From Candidatus Spongiisociaceae bacterium (GTDB lineage Bacteria > Actinomycetota > Acidimicrobiia > Spongiisociales > Spongiisociaceae), in NCBI GenBank assembly GCA_965219685.1, contig CBDCOH010000002.1:2112001-2176000 (forward strand): a stretch of DNA of 64,000 nt. Direction: 5' to 3'. Below the pieces are notes generated by a model that was given only the letters and a program-made list of their open reading frames with translations, was not told the origin of the DNA and made no database searches. Both the position numbers and the translations under genes were made by a program. Positions 1 through 9,305 of the stretch are shown piece by piece (the first letter of the stretch is position 1; every line of letters begins with the position of its first letter).

Positions 1-1268
1 GACATGCCAAGATGTGCCGCTACCTGCGTGTCTACCGCTCTCTCGGCGGCTGCCCGGTCGAGCTTCTGGCTGCCTCCGGCTATCGAGTGGGGGTTGAGGT
101 AGCCGAGGACGAGGTTGGCGTCGGTCACGGTCACCTTGGTGCCTCCTGCGCCGTAGCAGACGGGGCCCGGTACGGCTCCGGCGCTTTGCGGGCCCACATG
201 CGGTGCACCGCCCTGGTCGATCCAGAAGATGCTCCCACCACCGGCGCCGACCTCGGCGATGTCGAGTGAAGGGATCCTGACCGTGAACCCACCCCCCTGG
301 ATGAACAGGCGGCTCTGGTTCATCCCGCCGCCGACCTCGTGCTCGGCGGCCTCGAAGGCCTGCCCGTTCTCGATCAGGGAAGCCTTGGCGGTGGTGCCTC
401 CCATGTCGAAGGCGATCACGTCGGGCTCCCCGAGATCGGCGGCCAGGGAGCGGGCCGCGATCACCCCCGCTGCCGGACCCGACTCGATCAGCCGTACGGG
501 CTGGTCCCGCGCGGTTCGGGAACCGAACAGAGACCCGTTCGACTGCATCACCTGCACCTCGCAGTCGAACCCGATCCCCGACAGGCCCTTCTCGAGGCTC
601 CGGAGATACCGCCCGACGGTCGGCCGGATGTAGGAGTTCACCACCGTCGTGCTGGTCCGCTCGTACTCCTTGAGCTCGGGGAGCAACTCGTACGAGGCCG
701 TTATGGGCACGGCGGGAAGGAGCTTCCGGAGGGATCGGGCGACAGCATGCTCGTTGACAGGGTTCCGGTAGGAGTGGAGGAAACAGATCGCCACCGCTTC
801 CACATCGTTCGCAGCGAGTTCTTCCGCCAGTGCCTCGACCTCGCTCCCCTGCGGTCGGCGTACCACCTGCCCTTCGGCGTCCATCCGCTCATCGATCTCG
901 AACCGCAGGTTCCTCGGAGCGAGAGGGGGCGGTTTCTCGAAGCCGGTGTCGAATAGGGCGGGCCGGCGCATGCGGGCGATCTCGAGGACATCCCGGAACC
1001 CCTTCGTCGTGACCAGGGCGGTCCGTGCTCCGCGACGCTCCAGCAGGGCGTTGGTCGCCACAGTGGTGCCGTGAGCGAGCCGGGTGACTCCCTCTCGATC
1101 CAGGTGGTTGCCGAACAGTTCGTCCAAGCCTCGGAGGATGGCCTGCTCGAAGTCGGGCGGCGTGGACGAGATCTTGAGTCGACCGCCGGCTCCGTCGTCT
1201 CCTTGCAGGACGATGTCCGTGAAGGTCCCGCCGATGTCGACAGCCAGTACGTACCGACCCTGGGCCAT
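1..1268 (-). CDS. Hydantoinase/oxoprolinase family subunit A (N-methylhydantoinase A-like), runs off the window edge
   Basis: Not in the ORF track (no stop inside the window). Manual translation from ATG 1268 gives MAQGRYVLAVDIGGTFTD...HGTTVATNALLERRGARTALVTTKGFRDVLEI...VTDANLVLGYL, the hydantoinase A signature motifs. Confidence 0.9.
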   Translation of the reverse strand, partial: MAQGRYVLAVDIGGTFTDIVLQGDDGAGGRLKISSTPPDFEQAILRGLDELFGNHLDREGVTRLAHGTTVATNALLERRGARTALVTTKGFRDVLEIARMRRPALFDTGFEKPPPLAPRNLRFEIDERMDAEGQVVRRPQGSEVEALAEELAANDVEAVAICFLHSYRNPVNEHAVARSLRKLLPAVPITASYELLPELKEYERTSTTVVNSYIRPTVGRYLRSLEKGLSGIGFDCEVQVMQSNGSLFGSRTARDQPVRLIESGPAAGVIAARSLAADLGEPDVIAFDMGGTTAKASLIENGQAFEAAEHEVGGGMNQSRLFIQGGGFTVRIPSLDIAEVGAGGGSIFWIDQGGAPHVGPQSAGAVPGPVCYGAGGTKVTVTDANLVLGYLNPHSIAGGSQKLDRAAAERAVDTQVAAHLGM

Positions 1269-1544
1269 GCCGCTCCATTCGGTCTATGCCGCTTCCGCTG
1301 GTCATGCTACTAATCACCAGCTGAGGTGAGCCGCGAGAGTATGGTTGCGTGCAATCCCGGGACCGGGCGGTAGGGCAACCTGTGCAGAGCCTCACCTGTG
1401 GGCGCGGAAAGGGGGTGCTAGCCTCCGTTCTGGGCTCAGAACTGGGGAAACACCGTCGAACACCTTCAGATATCGGTCTGCCAGGCGGACAGCGACATCG
1501 ACGAACGCGATCCGGCCGGATCCGTTCGTCGCAACTTCCTTAGG

Positions 1545-2300
1545 ATGCGCGACGCCCTGTCCGAAGCCGCCGCAGAAGGCAGCCGGCTCGTCATCTTCGG
1601 CGAGGGGTACCTGAACGGTTACCAATCCGGCGCGCTGCTCCCCCAGATCGCTCTCAGGCTCGACGGCGACCAAGAGGACCTACACGACCTGGCCGCCACG
1701 GTCGACGAGACCGGCGTCTCGCTGGTCTTCGGAGCTACCACCTCGCGGGGTTCATATCCCGGATCGCTGTACAACTCGGCGATCATCCTTCGCCCGGGCG
1801 CACAACCCATCGTGGTCGACAAGACCCACCTGTCCGAGTTCCGGTACAAGGGGCAACCGGTCGTCGCCGAGCGGATGGACTGGGCCGTCGGGGACCAACT
1901 CGGCCCGGTCTTCGACATCGACGGATTCAAGATAGGGGTCGAGATCTGCCACGACATCGTCTTCCCCGAAGTGGCGAGATCCCACTGCATGCGGGGCGCC
2001 GAGGTCATGATCAACGTCTCGGCCGCGGTCGGGGGTTTCGACTGGTTCTGGAACGCCATCCCCGCCACCAGGGCATTCGAGAACTGCGTCTGGTTCGTGC
2101 ATGTCACGGTCGTGTCGGACAAGGGTCAGCCTCCCCTGCTCGGACACAGCCGAGTGATCAGCCCGGTCGGAGCCGTGGTCTGCGAGGCGCCGGACGGGGT
2201 CGAGACCACCCTGACCTACACGCTCGACCGTACGTCGGTCTGGCGCGCCAGAGCGTCGCTCAAACCGTTCACGGAGCGGCGGCCGGACATCTACGAGTGA
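1545..2300 (+). CDS. Carbon-nitrogen hydrolase (nitrilase/amidase superfamily)
   Basis: Glu-Lys-Cys triad contexts IFGEGY, DKTHL, EICHD; RAFEN and GHSRVISPVG motifs. Homology appears to extend upstream to about 1455. Confidence 0.85.
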   Translation: MRDALSEAAAEGSRLVIFGEGYLNGYQSGALLPQIALRLDGDQEDLHDLAATVDETGVSLVFGATTSRGSYPGSLYNSAIILRPGAQPIVVDKTHLSEFRYKGQPVVAERMDWAVGDQLGPVFDIDGFKIGVEICHDIVFPEVARSHCMRGAEVMINVSAAVGGFDWFWNAIPATRAFENCVWFVHVTVVSDKGQPPLLGHSRVISPVGAVVCEAPDGVETTLTYTLDRTSVWRARASLKPFTERRPDIYE

Positions 2301-2350
2301 TCCGGCCTGTAGACCCGCTTACCTGACCGCGACCGATCCCCTCTCAGACT

Positions 2351-2410
2351 CCGCGAGAAACTATGCCAGGTCGCGAAAACCGACGCTAAGTCGCGAAAAA
2401 CGCCAGCGCC
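2351..2410. repeat. Imperfect 20-bp-period repeat, three copies of yCGCGArAA
   Basis: CCGCGAGAAA at 2351, TCGCGAAAAC at 2371, TCGCGAAAAA at 2391, between convergent genes. Confidence 0.4.
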
Positions 2411-2599
2411 TGGCTGTCCGTCGGGCCCGCCCCCGCCACCACCTGTCCTGGGTTGAAGCGCGTTGGGTCCCGCCCGCCCCGAGCGGTGAACACGCTTGAT
2501 TCATGATCCGTCGAGCAGCCGGATGACGTCCGGTCCGGCTTCGCCGGGTGTTTGGCATATCCGACTATGCAGCGGGGGTGTGACAAACGGTCCTTTCGG

Positions 2600-3403
2600 T
2601 CACCGGTGGCGCCTTCTCGGCACACTCGCGAGAAGGGTCCGGGTGTATTCGTGAGCGGGTTTGCGGAACACCTGCTCGGCCTCGCCTATCTCCACGATCT
2701 GCCCGCTCTGCATCACGGCGATCCGGTCGCTCATCGTGTAGACGATGGACAGATCGTGGGAGATGAACAGGTACGACAGGCCCAACTCGTCCTGCAGGTC
2801 CTTGAGCAGGTTGATGATCTGTGCCTGGACCGACACGTCCACCGAGGAGGTGGGTTCGTCGCAGACGACCAGTTTGGGGTTCAGGGCCAGGGCGCGGGCG
2901 ATGGCGACTCTCTGCCGCTGGCCGCCGGAGAACTCGCCGGGCGATCTGTGGGCGACATCGGAAGGCATACCCACGAGGTCCAGCAGTTCGAGGACCCGTT
3001 CCCGCCTTGCTTGCCGGTCACCCACCCGGTGCACCACGAGCGGCTCGGCGATGATCGAGGCGATGCTCATGCGGGGATCGAGCGACGAGTAGGGATCCTG
3101 GAACACGATCTGCATGTCTCTTCTCGCCTGCTTCAACTCGGACCGCCCGCAGTTCACCAGGTCGACCCCCATGAACGTGATCGAGCCTGCGGTCGGTGGC
3201 ACCAGTTGCAGGACGCAGTAGGCCGTGGTGGACTTTCCGGACCCCGACTCCCCCACCAACCCCAGGGTCTCGCCGCCGGCCAGCGAGAAACTCACGTTGT
3301 CGACGGCCCTCACCAAACCGCGGCTTCCGTCCGTTCCCCGCCGCATGGCGCGGGACGCCGAAAAGACCTTCGAGAGACCCTCCACGGCCAGAATGCCGGT
3401 CAT
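2600..3403 (-). CDS. Dipeptide/oligopeptide-type ABC ATP-binding protein (DppF-like, short)
   Basis: GESGSGKST Walker A, FQDP, FSGGQRQR, CDEPTS, SHDL. Start MTGILAV overlaps the upstream stop. Confidence 0.9.
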   Translation of the reverse strand: MTGILAVEGLSKVFSASRAMRRGTDGSRGLVRAVDNVSFSLAGGETLGLVGESGSGKSTTAYCVLQLVPPTAGSITFMGVDLVNCGRSELKQARRDMQIVFQDPYSSLDPRMSIASIIAEPLVVHRVGDRQARRERVLELLDLVGMPSDVAHRSPGEFSGGQRQRVAIARALALNPKLVVCDEPTSSVDVSVQAQIINLLKDLQDELGLSYLFISHDLSIVYTMSDRIAVMQSGQIVEIGEAEQVFRKPAHEYTRTLLASVPRRRHR

Positions 3404-4401
3404 GCCGGCGCCCGTTCGCCGGCCGGGTGGGCGCTCCGGACCCAATGGTCGGGCCTGATCTCTCTCAGAGCAGGCATGGTGGACGAGCAGGCGTCGTCGG
3501 GGGTCGCGTACCGGCAGCGCTCGGCGAACCGGCAGGTGGAGGGCAGGGACACCGCATTCGGAGGCGCCCCCGGAATCGCCGTGAGGCGCTGGTTGCGGAC
3601 CACCGGATGGCGCCTGTCGATCGACGGAATGGACCCCAGGAGTCCCTCGGTATAGGGATGCTCCGGCCTGGCGAACAACTCCCGGGCAGGCGCGTACTCG
3701 ACGATCTGTCCCGCGTACATCACCGCGACGGTGTCCGCCACGTTCGAGACCACGTTGAGATCGTGGCTGACCAGGATCAGCGCCATAGCGTGCTCGGATC
3801 GGAGGTTCTTCAACAGGGCGAGTATCTCCGCTTCGACAGTGACGTCCAGGGCGGTGGTCGGCTCGTCGGCGATGAGCAGTTTCGGTCGGCATGCCGTAGC
3901 GGCGGCGATCAGGGCTCGCTGCCGCATCCCGCCGGAGAACTCGTGCGGATAGGAGTTCACCCGCTGCGAGGCGTCGGGAATGCGGACCTCCTCCAGAAGT
4001 TCCACGGCCCTCGCGTTCGCCTCCGCCCTGGACATCCCCAGATGGCGGCGGAGCGGTTCGGCCACCTGGTTTCCCACCCTGAGCACGGGATTCAATGAAC
4101 TCATCGGGTCCTGGAAGACCATGCCGATGTGACGACCCCTGATCGAGGTCAGGCGGCTCTCGGATGCGGCCAGCATGTCCTCGCCCAGGAACCGGACCTT
4201 ACCGGACCGGCGGTGGACGAGCCGTTGGGGGAACAGGCCGACAATGGACCTCGCCGTGACCGACTTCCCGCTGCCGGACTCACCGACTATCGCCAGCGTC
4301 TCGCGCTCCTCGACACTGAAACTGACATCGTCGACGGCATGCACCAGCCCGCGTCGGGTCCTCAGATGGACGCTGAGGCGGTCGACTTCGAGGATGGACA
4401 T
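3400..4401 (-). CDS. Dipeptide/oligopeptide-type ABC ATP-binding protein (DppD-like)
   Basis: GESGSGKS, FQDPMSSLNP, FSGGMRQR, ADEPTTALD, HPYT, C-terminal CRFAERC. Confidence 0.92.
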   Translation of the reverse strand: MSILEVDRLSVHLRTRRGLVHAVDDVSFSVEERETLAIVGESGSGKSVTARSIVGLFPQRLVHRRSGKVRFLGEDMLAASESRLTSIRGRHIGMVFQDPMSSLNPVLRVGNQVAEPLRRHLGMSRAEANARAVELLEEVRIPDASQRVNSYPHEFSGGMRQRALIAAATACRPKLLIADEPTTALDVTVEAEILALLKNLRSEHAMALILVSHDLNVVSNVADTVAVMYAGQIVEYAPARELFARPEHPYTEGLLGSIPSIDRRHPVVRNQRLTAIPGAPPNAVSLPSTCRFAERCRYATPDDACSSTMPALREIRPDHWVRSAHPAGERAPA

Positions 4402-4405
4402 CCGC

Positions 4406-5236
4406 CTATCCCCGCCTCGACAGCATGCGTTGGACCCAGTCACCGACGAGGACGAATCCGAGACCCACGATGAAGATGGCCAGACCTGGCAGGGTCGAGA
4501 CATGAGGTGCCGTAGCGAGTATGACCCGGCCCTCGTTGACCATCCGGCCCCAGTCGGCCGTGGGAGGCTGGACACCAAGACCGACGAAGCTCAGTCCCGC
4601 CCCGAACACAACCATGATCCCGACCAGCGGGAATGCGTACGCAAGAGTGGGTCCGAGGGCGTTCGGCACGATGTGGCGAACCAGGATGAACCAGCGCGGC
4701 GCTCCAAGGGATCGGGCCGCCCTCACGTAGTCGCGTTCCTTGAGCGACTGCACCGTGCCCCGCGAAACCCGCGCTATGGGAGCGATCAGGACGGCTGTCA
4801 TGGCGATGACGAGGTTGCGCAGACCCGGTCCCAGCGCCGCCGCCACCGCTATGCCCATCAGAACAGGTGGAATGGCGATGAAGATGTCCACCACCCGCAT
4901 CGTGATCGTGTCCCCCACCGTTCCACCGAACCCGCTGATGATCCCCAGGACGTAGCCGACCAGGGTCGCGACCAGCACGGGTAGTACGCCCTGGACCAAC
5001 CCTGGGCGTGCTCCCCATATCAACCGGCTCCACAGATCACGGCCCAGTTCATCCGTGCCTAGGAAGTGGCCGGTCGTCCCAGGCGGCTGGAAAGAGTTCA
5101 CGATGTCGCCCTGGTTCGGATCGTAGGGTGCCAGCAGAGGCGCGGCGAGCGCGAACGCCAAGGCCACGAGCACAAGGGCGATGCCGACCAGATCCGCCGG
5201 TCGCAGGGCGCCGCGCAGGCGAGTTGCTACCTCCAT
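4406..5236 (-). CDS. Peptide/nickel-type ABC permease (DppC-like)
   Basis: HFLGTDELGRDLWSRLIWG, EAA-like loop YVRAARSLGA, HIVPNAL, hydrophobic segments. Confidence 0.9.
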   Translation of the reverse strand: MEVATRLRGALRPADLVGIALVLVALAFALAAPLLAPYDPNQGDIVNSFQPPGTTGHFLGTDELGRDLWSRLIWGARPGLVQGVLPVLVATLVGYVLGIISGFGGTVGDTITMRVVDIFIAIPPVLMGIAVAAALGPGLRNLVIAMTAVLIAPIARVSRGTVQSLKERDYVRAARSLGAPRWFILVRHIVPNALGPTLAYAFPLVGIMVVFGAGLSFVGLGVQPPTADWGRMVNEGRVILATAPHVSTLPGLAIFIVGLGFVLVGDWVQRMLSRRG

Positions 5237-6204
5237 GCCTCGACCGCTGACTCTCGTCCGAGACCCGCACGCGGATCGACATACCGATGTATCGCATCCA
5301 CGACCAGGTTGATGATCACGGTCGCCAGCGCGGCCAGAAGTACGACACCCTGGATCATCGGGAAGTCCCGGGACGACACCGCGTGGATGGTCTGCAACCC
5401 GATCCCCGGCCAGTTGAACACCACCTCGGCGAACACGATGGTTCCTCCGATCATGTAGGCGAACTGCAGGCCCACCTGGTGGATGACCATCGGCAGGACC
5501 GGCTTGATGATGTGGCGCGCAAGGAGCCTGGGAGCCCGGTTCCCCCGTCCCTTGGCGGCCCAGACGAAGTCCTCGTCGAGCACCTCGCGAACCGCGCTCC
5601 TGGAGGTGCGAGCGATGATGGCGGCCGGGATCGCGGCGGTCGTCAGCACCGGTAGGACGAGGTGGCGAAGCGTCTCCAAGAGCGTCGGGTCCCGACCGAT
5701 CGGTCCCATCCCGGCCGCCGGGAGCCACCCGAGCTCCAGGGAGAAGATCCAGACCAGGATCAAACCCAGCCAGAAGATCGGCATCGTGCCGGCGAACACC
5801 ACCAGCACCTGGAGGGTACGGTCGAGGATCCCGTCGGTCCGCAACGCCGCCAGGGCGCCGGCCACCAACCCCACCACCAGGGCCAGCAGGAAGCTCGGAA
5901 CGCCGAGGCGCAGCGTGTTGGCGAACCGTTCGAACAGGACGTCCGTCACCGGTGTGCGCAGTTGGATCGACGTGCCCAGATCCCCGGTCACGGTACGACC
6001 CAGCCAGCGGCCGTACTGGACCGGTACCGGTTGGTCCAATGCCAGGGCGGAGCGCATGGTGGCCCGGTCCTCCTCGCTCGCATAGGGACCGAGCAGCACG
6101 TTCACGGGATCGCCGGGGGCCATATGGACGAGCCCGAAAGAGAACATGGACGCACCGACCAGGACCGGCACTATGACCGCAATGCGAAGGGTCAGGAACC
6201 GCAC
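5227..6204 (-). CDS. Peptide/nickel-type ABC permease (DppB-like)
   Basis: APGDPV, GDLGTSI, HLVLP, EVVFNWPGIG, RDFPMIQG. Confidence 0.92.
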   Translation of the reverse strand: MRFLTLRIAVIVPVLVGASMFSFGLVHMAPGDPVNVLLGPYASEEDRATMRSALALDQPVPVQYGRWLGRTVTGDLGTSIQLRTPVTDVLFERFANTLRLGVPSFLLALVVGLVAGALAALRTDGILDRTLQVLVVFAGTMPIFWLGLILVWIFSLELGWLPAAGMGPIGRDPTLLETLRHLVLPVLTTAAIPAAIIARTSRSAVREVLDEDFVWAAKGRGNRAPRLLARHIIKPVLPMVIHQVGLQFAYMIGGTIVFAEVVFNWPGIGLQTIHAVSSRDFPMIQGVVLLAALATVIINLVVDAIHRYVDPRAGLGRESAVEAWR

Positions 6205-6396
6205 ACGAACCTACGCTCCCCTCGATCCCGCCGGTCGCCCGGCGTGCAATCCACCGACCTCATCGGTCCGTACGACCAAGACCGACCGCCTCCGGTTGCA
6301 ACCGGCGAGGCGCCAGACCACCGGGGGCCGGTCCCGGTCGTCAGCCGCTCGGCGATCCGCTTGCAGCCGACGACCGGACCGTGTGGACCCCGGGTA

Positions 6397-8130
6397 TCAG
6401 GCGCCTCGCGCCAACCGGAGGTTCTGGGCCCAGGCCGCGGCCGGCGCCCAGTCGAGGTCGTTGCTTATCCCGTACGGTGACAGTCCGTGGAAGATGTAGA
6501 TGTAGGGCCGGTCCTCCAGCATCCTCCGTTGAGCCGCCCTCAGGTGGCCGACCAGTTCTTCCCCGTCGGCGGCCCCAGCGGTCGCGGCAAGGTGGTTGTC
6601 GACCTCCTCGTTCGAGTACCAGGCGTAGTTGACGCCGCCCTCGGTCGGGAAGCTGCCCGTGCCTATGTAGGCGCCCAGGAGCATGTTGGTGTCCCATCCC
6701 ATGGCCATCGACAGCAGCGGGACCGGTTCCCCGGGCACCGGTTCGGGCACCCCAGCGAACCACTCACCCAGATAGGCCGTCCACTCCAGGATCTGGATCT
6801 GCATCTGGACCCCCACCGCCCCCAGATCGGCCTGGACCTGCTCGAGTATGCGGCCCGGGGTAGGAACACCCATCGCCGAGGTCGACGTCTTGATGTTCAC
6901 CACCAGGTCGGACACCCCCGCCTCGGACAGCAATGCGGCCGCCCGGTCCGGGTCGTAGGGGAAGGGGGTGAGGTCCGGGTCGTACGCCGAGTTGCCGAGA
7001 CCGTAGAACTGGCTGGCCGGTACCCCGGCACCTCGTAGCAGACCATCGGTGATGGCCTCGCGGTTGATGGCCAGGCTGAACGCCTCCCTCACCCTCGGGT
7101 CGCTCCACGGTTCATGGCCGATGTGCCCGGCGAATCCGAAGGTCACGGGCTTGCCGGCGAACTCGATGCGGAGATCCGGGGAGGCGTCGATCTGCGGGAT
7201 GCTGTCGGGGGTCAGCTCCTGGGCGATGTGGAAACTGCCCGTGACGAGGCCGGAGACCTTGGTCGGCTCGTCGGCCACCGGGACGAAGATGAGCCGCTCG
7301 ATGTCGGGAGCGCCGCCCCAGTAGTCGGCGTTCCGCACCAGGACCAACTCACTGCCCCGCTCGTAGGACTCGACCGCGAAGGGTCCCGTACCGATACCGA
7401 CGTTGGAGAACGCCTCGTTCCCCGACTCCATGACCGCGCTGGGACTCACCATGTAGAAGGTGGGCGCCCGGCCCAGGTAGTCGAACCAGCCGGCGTTCGG
7501 CTCCGCCAACTTCACCGTGAACTCGTGCTCCCCCGCCGCGTCGTAGCTCTCGACACCGCCGATGAAACCCGCCACGGTCGCGTTCGCCGTCTCGAAGTAG
7601 TGCTCGAAGCCCTCGTCGAACCACCGCCGGAAGTTGAACACCGCGGCCTCGCTGTTGAATGGTGTCCCGTCATGGAATGTGACACCCTGGCGGAGATTGA
7701 ACGTGTACGTCGTCCCGTCGGAAGAGATATCCCACGACTCGGCGAGGCCGGCCATCAGCGGAACGGGGGCCTCCTGGCTTGAGTAGTCGAGCATCGTGAG
7801 GCCGTCGAAGATGTTGCACAAGGCGATCCAGGCGTTCCCGGCAATGGTCGTGTGGGGGTCGAGCGTGTCCGGATCACCGCTCAGCCCGAACACGACCTCG
7901 GTCAGGGCGGGTGCGGGTGCGGCGGTTGTTGTGGTTTCTGCCGCCGCGGTCGTAGCCGGGGCAGCGGCAGTAGTCGTGGTGTCGTCGGTGGTCGCTCCGC
8001 AACTGGCGAGCAGCAGGTAGCCTATGCTGCCCCCCGCAGTCATCAGGAACTGTCGCCGGCTGAGGCCGTTGCTCGGGATCTCTCGTAATCCCCTGATGCT
8101 CGATAGGCTCTGATCTACGTCTCTGCCCAT
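6397..8130 (-). CDS. Family-5 ABC substrate-binding lipoprotein (DppA-like) with Tat signal
   Basis: SRRQFL twin-arginine motif, LASC lipobox, Thr/Ala linker, LAESWDIS...FNLRQGVTFHDG, GTGPF, DPRVREA. Confidence 0.9.
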   Translation of the reverse strand: MGRDVDQSLSSIRGLREIPSNGLSRRQFLMTAGGSIGYLLLASCGATTDDTTTTAAAPATTAAAETTTTAAPAPALTEVVFGLSGDPDTLDPHTTIAGNAWIALCNIFDGLTMLDYSSQEAPVPLMAGLAESWDISSDGTTYTFNLRQGVTFHDGTPFNSEAAVFNFRRWFDEGFEHYFETANATVAGFIGGVESYDAAGEHEFTVKLAEPNAGWFDYLGRAPTFYMVSPSAVMESGNEAFSNVGIGTGPFAVESYERGSELVLVRNADYWGGAPDIERLIFVPVADEPTKVSGLVTGSFHIAQELTPDSIPQIDASPDLRIEFAGKPVTFGFAGHIGHEPWSDPRVREAFSLAINREAITDGLLRGAGVPASQFYGLGNSAYDPDLTPFPYDPDRAAALLSEAGVSDLVVNIKTSTSAMGVPTPGRILEQVQADLGAVGVQMQIQILEWTAYLGEWFAGVPEPVPGEPVPLLSMAMGWDTNMLLGAYIGTGSFPTEGGVNYAWYSNEEVDNHLAATAGAADGEELVGHLRAAQRRMLEDRPYIYIFHGLSPYGISNDLDWAPAAAWAQNLRLARGA

Positions 8131-8248
8131 GGTCTCTTCGACCTTCCGGGACCCATTCGCTCCGCCCTGCGGCCTCCGCCCGGCAGCCGGACCGCGGTAT
8201 CCCGTTACGACTCGACTGCCTCCCCAAACTGGGGAGCAGCTTCTGGCA

Positions 8249-8292
8249 TGTCTAACCGCCCACTGTCGTGGTGTCAACTGGTCTTGGTGACA
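8249..8292 (-). promoter_or_regulatory. Possible sigma-70-type promoter for the Dpp-like operon with overlapping inverted repeat
   Basis: Minus strand TTGACA(8277-8272)-N17-TAGACA(8254-8249). TGTCA-N11-TGACA inverted repeat (8272-8292) overlaps the -35. Confidence 0.35.
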
Positions 8293-8410
8293 GAGCGAAA
8301 GATGTGGACAAGATCGAGCAAGTGCCGGGGGTCCATGGTTGTCTCGACATTCAACGGATGTTCGGCACCGGATCAGGGCGCAATAGAACCGCCCCGGCTT
8401 GGACAACGCT

Positions 8411-8463
8411 CCGGCGACCACCAACTAGAGACTACAAACTACCGACCAGAAACCAATCATCTA
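8411..8463 (-). repeat. Degenerate heptamer repeat tract
   Basis: Minus strand TAG ATGAT TGGTTTC TGGTCGG TAGTTTG TAGTCTC TAGTTGG TGGTCGC. Confidence 0.7.
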
Positions 8464-9302
8464 GGGCGTGTTCACTCTAAGTTACACCCATGTGATACCA
8501 TTAACATATGGAAATAACACAAGAACAATACCAACTCATAGCAGACGCGTTCCCGAAACAGCGGGGCAACGTCAAGGTATCCAACCTCGATGCTCTCAAC
8601 GCCATGCTCCACATACTGGAACAAGGCTGCAAATGGCGGGGCCTTCCCAAAGAGTTCGGGAACTGGCACACCATCTACATGCGGTTCAGGCGCTGGGCGG
8701 CCAGCGGTGTGCTGGTGCGGGTGTTCCAACGCCTACAGCAAGAACAACTCATCGACCTCGAAGTTCTGGGATTGGACAGCACAACAGTCAAGGTCCATCC
8801 CGACGCAGCCGGTGCTCTCAAAAAACATGGTCCCCAGGCCATCGGACGGTCCCGAGGGGGATTGACGACCAAGATTCATATGGTCGCCGCCGACGCTCGT
8901 ACAGCGATCATCTACGCTATTTCCCCAGGCCAGGACCATGATGGCCCCCACGGACGGGAACTCCTCGAAAAGCTCGGATCCCGAAAGAAGAAAGACACCG
9001 AAGCAGAAGGCGAACAACTGCAACTGTTCCTGGTAGCCGACCGCGCCTACGAAGGAGACAACACACGACAACTGGCGCTCGCTCTGGGATACACACCGGT
9101 CATCCCACCCAAAACCAACCGCCGCCACCCATGGGACTACGACCGCCAGATATACAAGCGGCGAAACGAAGTGGAACGGCTCTTCCGCCGGATCAAAGCC
9201 TACCGGCGTGTCTTTGTCCGCTACGACAAACTCGACATCATCTTCCTAGCATTCATCACCCTCGCCCTCATCCACGACACCCTCAAAAGCGTGAACACGC
9301 CC
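8464..9302 (+). mobile_element. IS5-family insertion sequence (IS427-like), 839 bp
   Basis: Perfect terminal inverted repeats GGGCGTGTTCAC (8464-8475) and GTGAACACGCCC (9291-9302), flanked by duplicated TA within a CTAG target. A-rich composition distinct from the flanks. Confidence 0.93.
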
Positions 9303-9305
9303 TAG
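8508..9305 (+). CDS. IS5-family DDE transposase, single ORF
   Basis: GCKWRGLP..FGNWHTIY, LDST, GRSRGGLTTKIH, ADRAY, Y(2)R(3)E(6)K motif YKRRNEVERLFRRIK. Confidence 0.95.
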   Translation: MEITQEQYQLIADAFPKQRGNVKVSNLDALNAMLHILEQGCKWRGLPKEFGNWHTIYMRFRRWAASGVLVRVFQRLQQEQLIDLEVLGLDSTTVKVHPDAAGALKKHGPQAIGRSRGGLTTKIHMVAADARTAIIYAISPGQDHDGPHGRELLEKLGSRKKKDTEAEGEQLQLFLVADRAYEGDNTRQLALALGYTPVIPPKTNRRHPWDYDRQIYKRRNEVERLFRRIKAYRRVFVRYDKLDIIFLAFITLALIHDTLKSVNTP

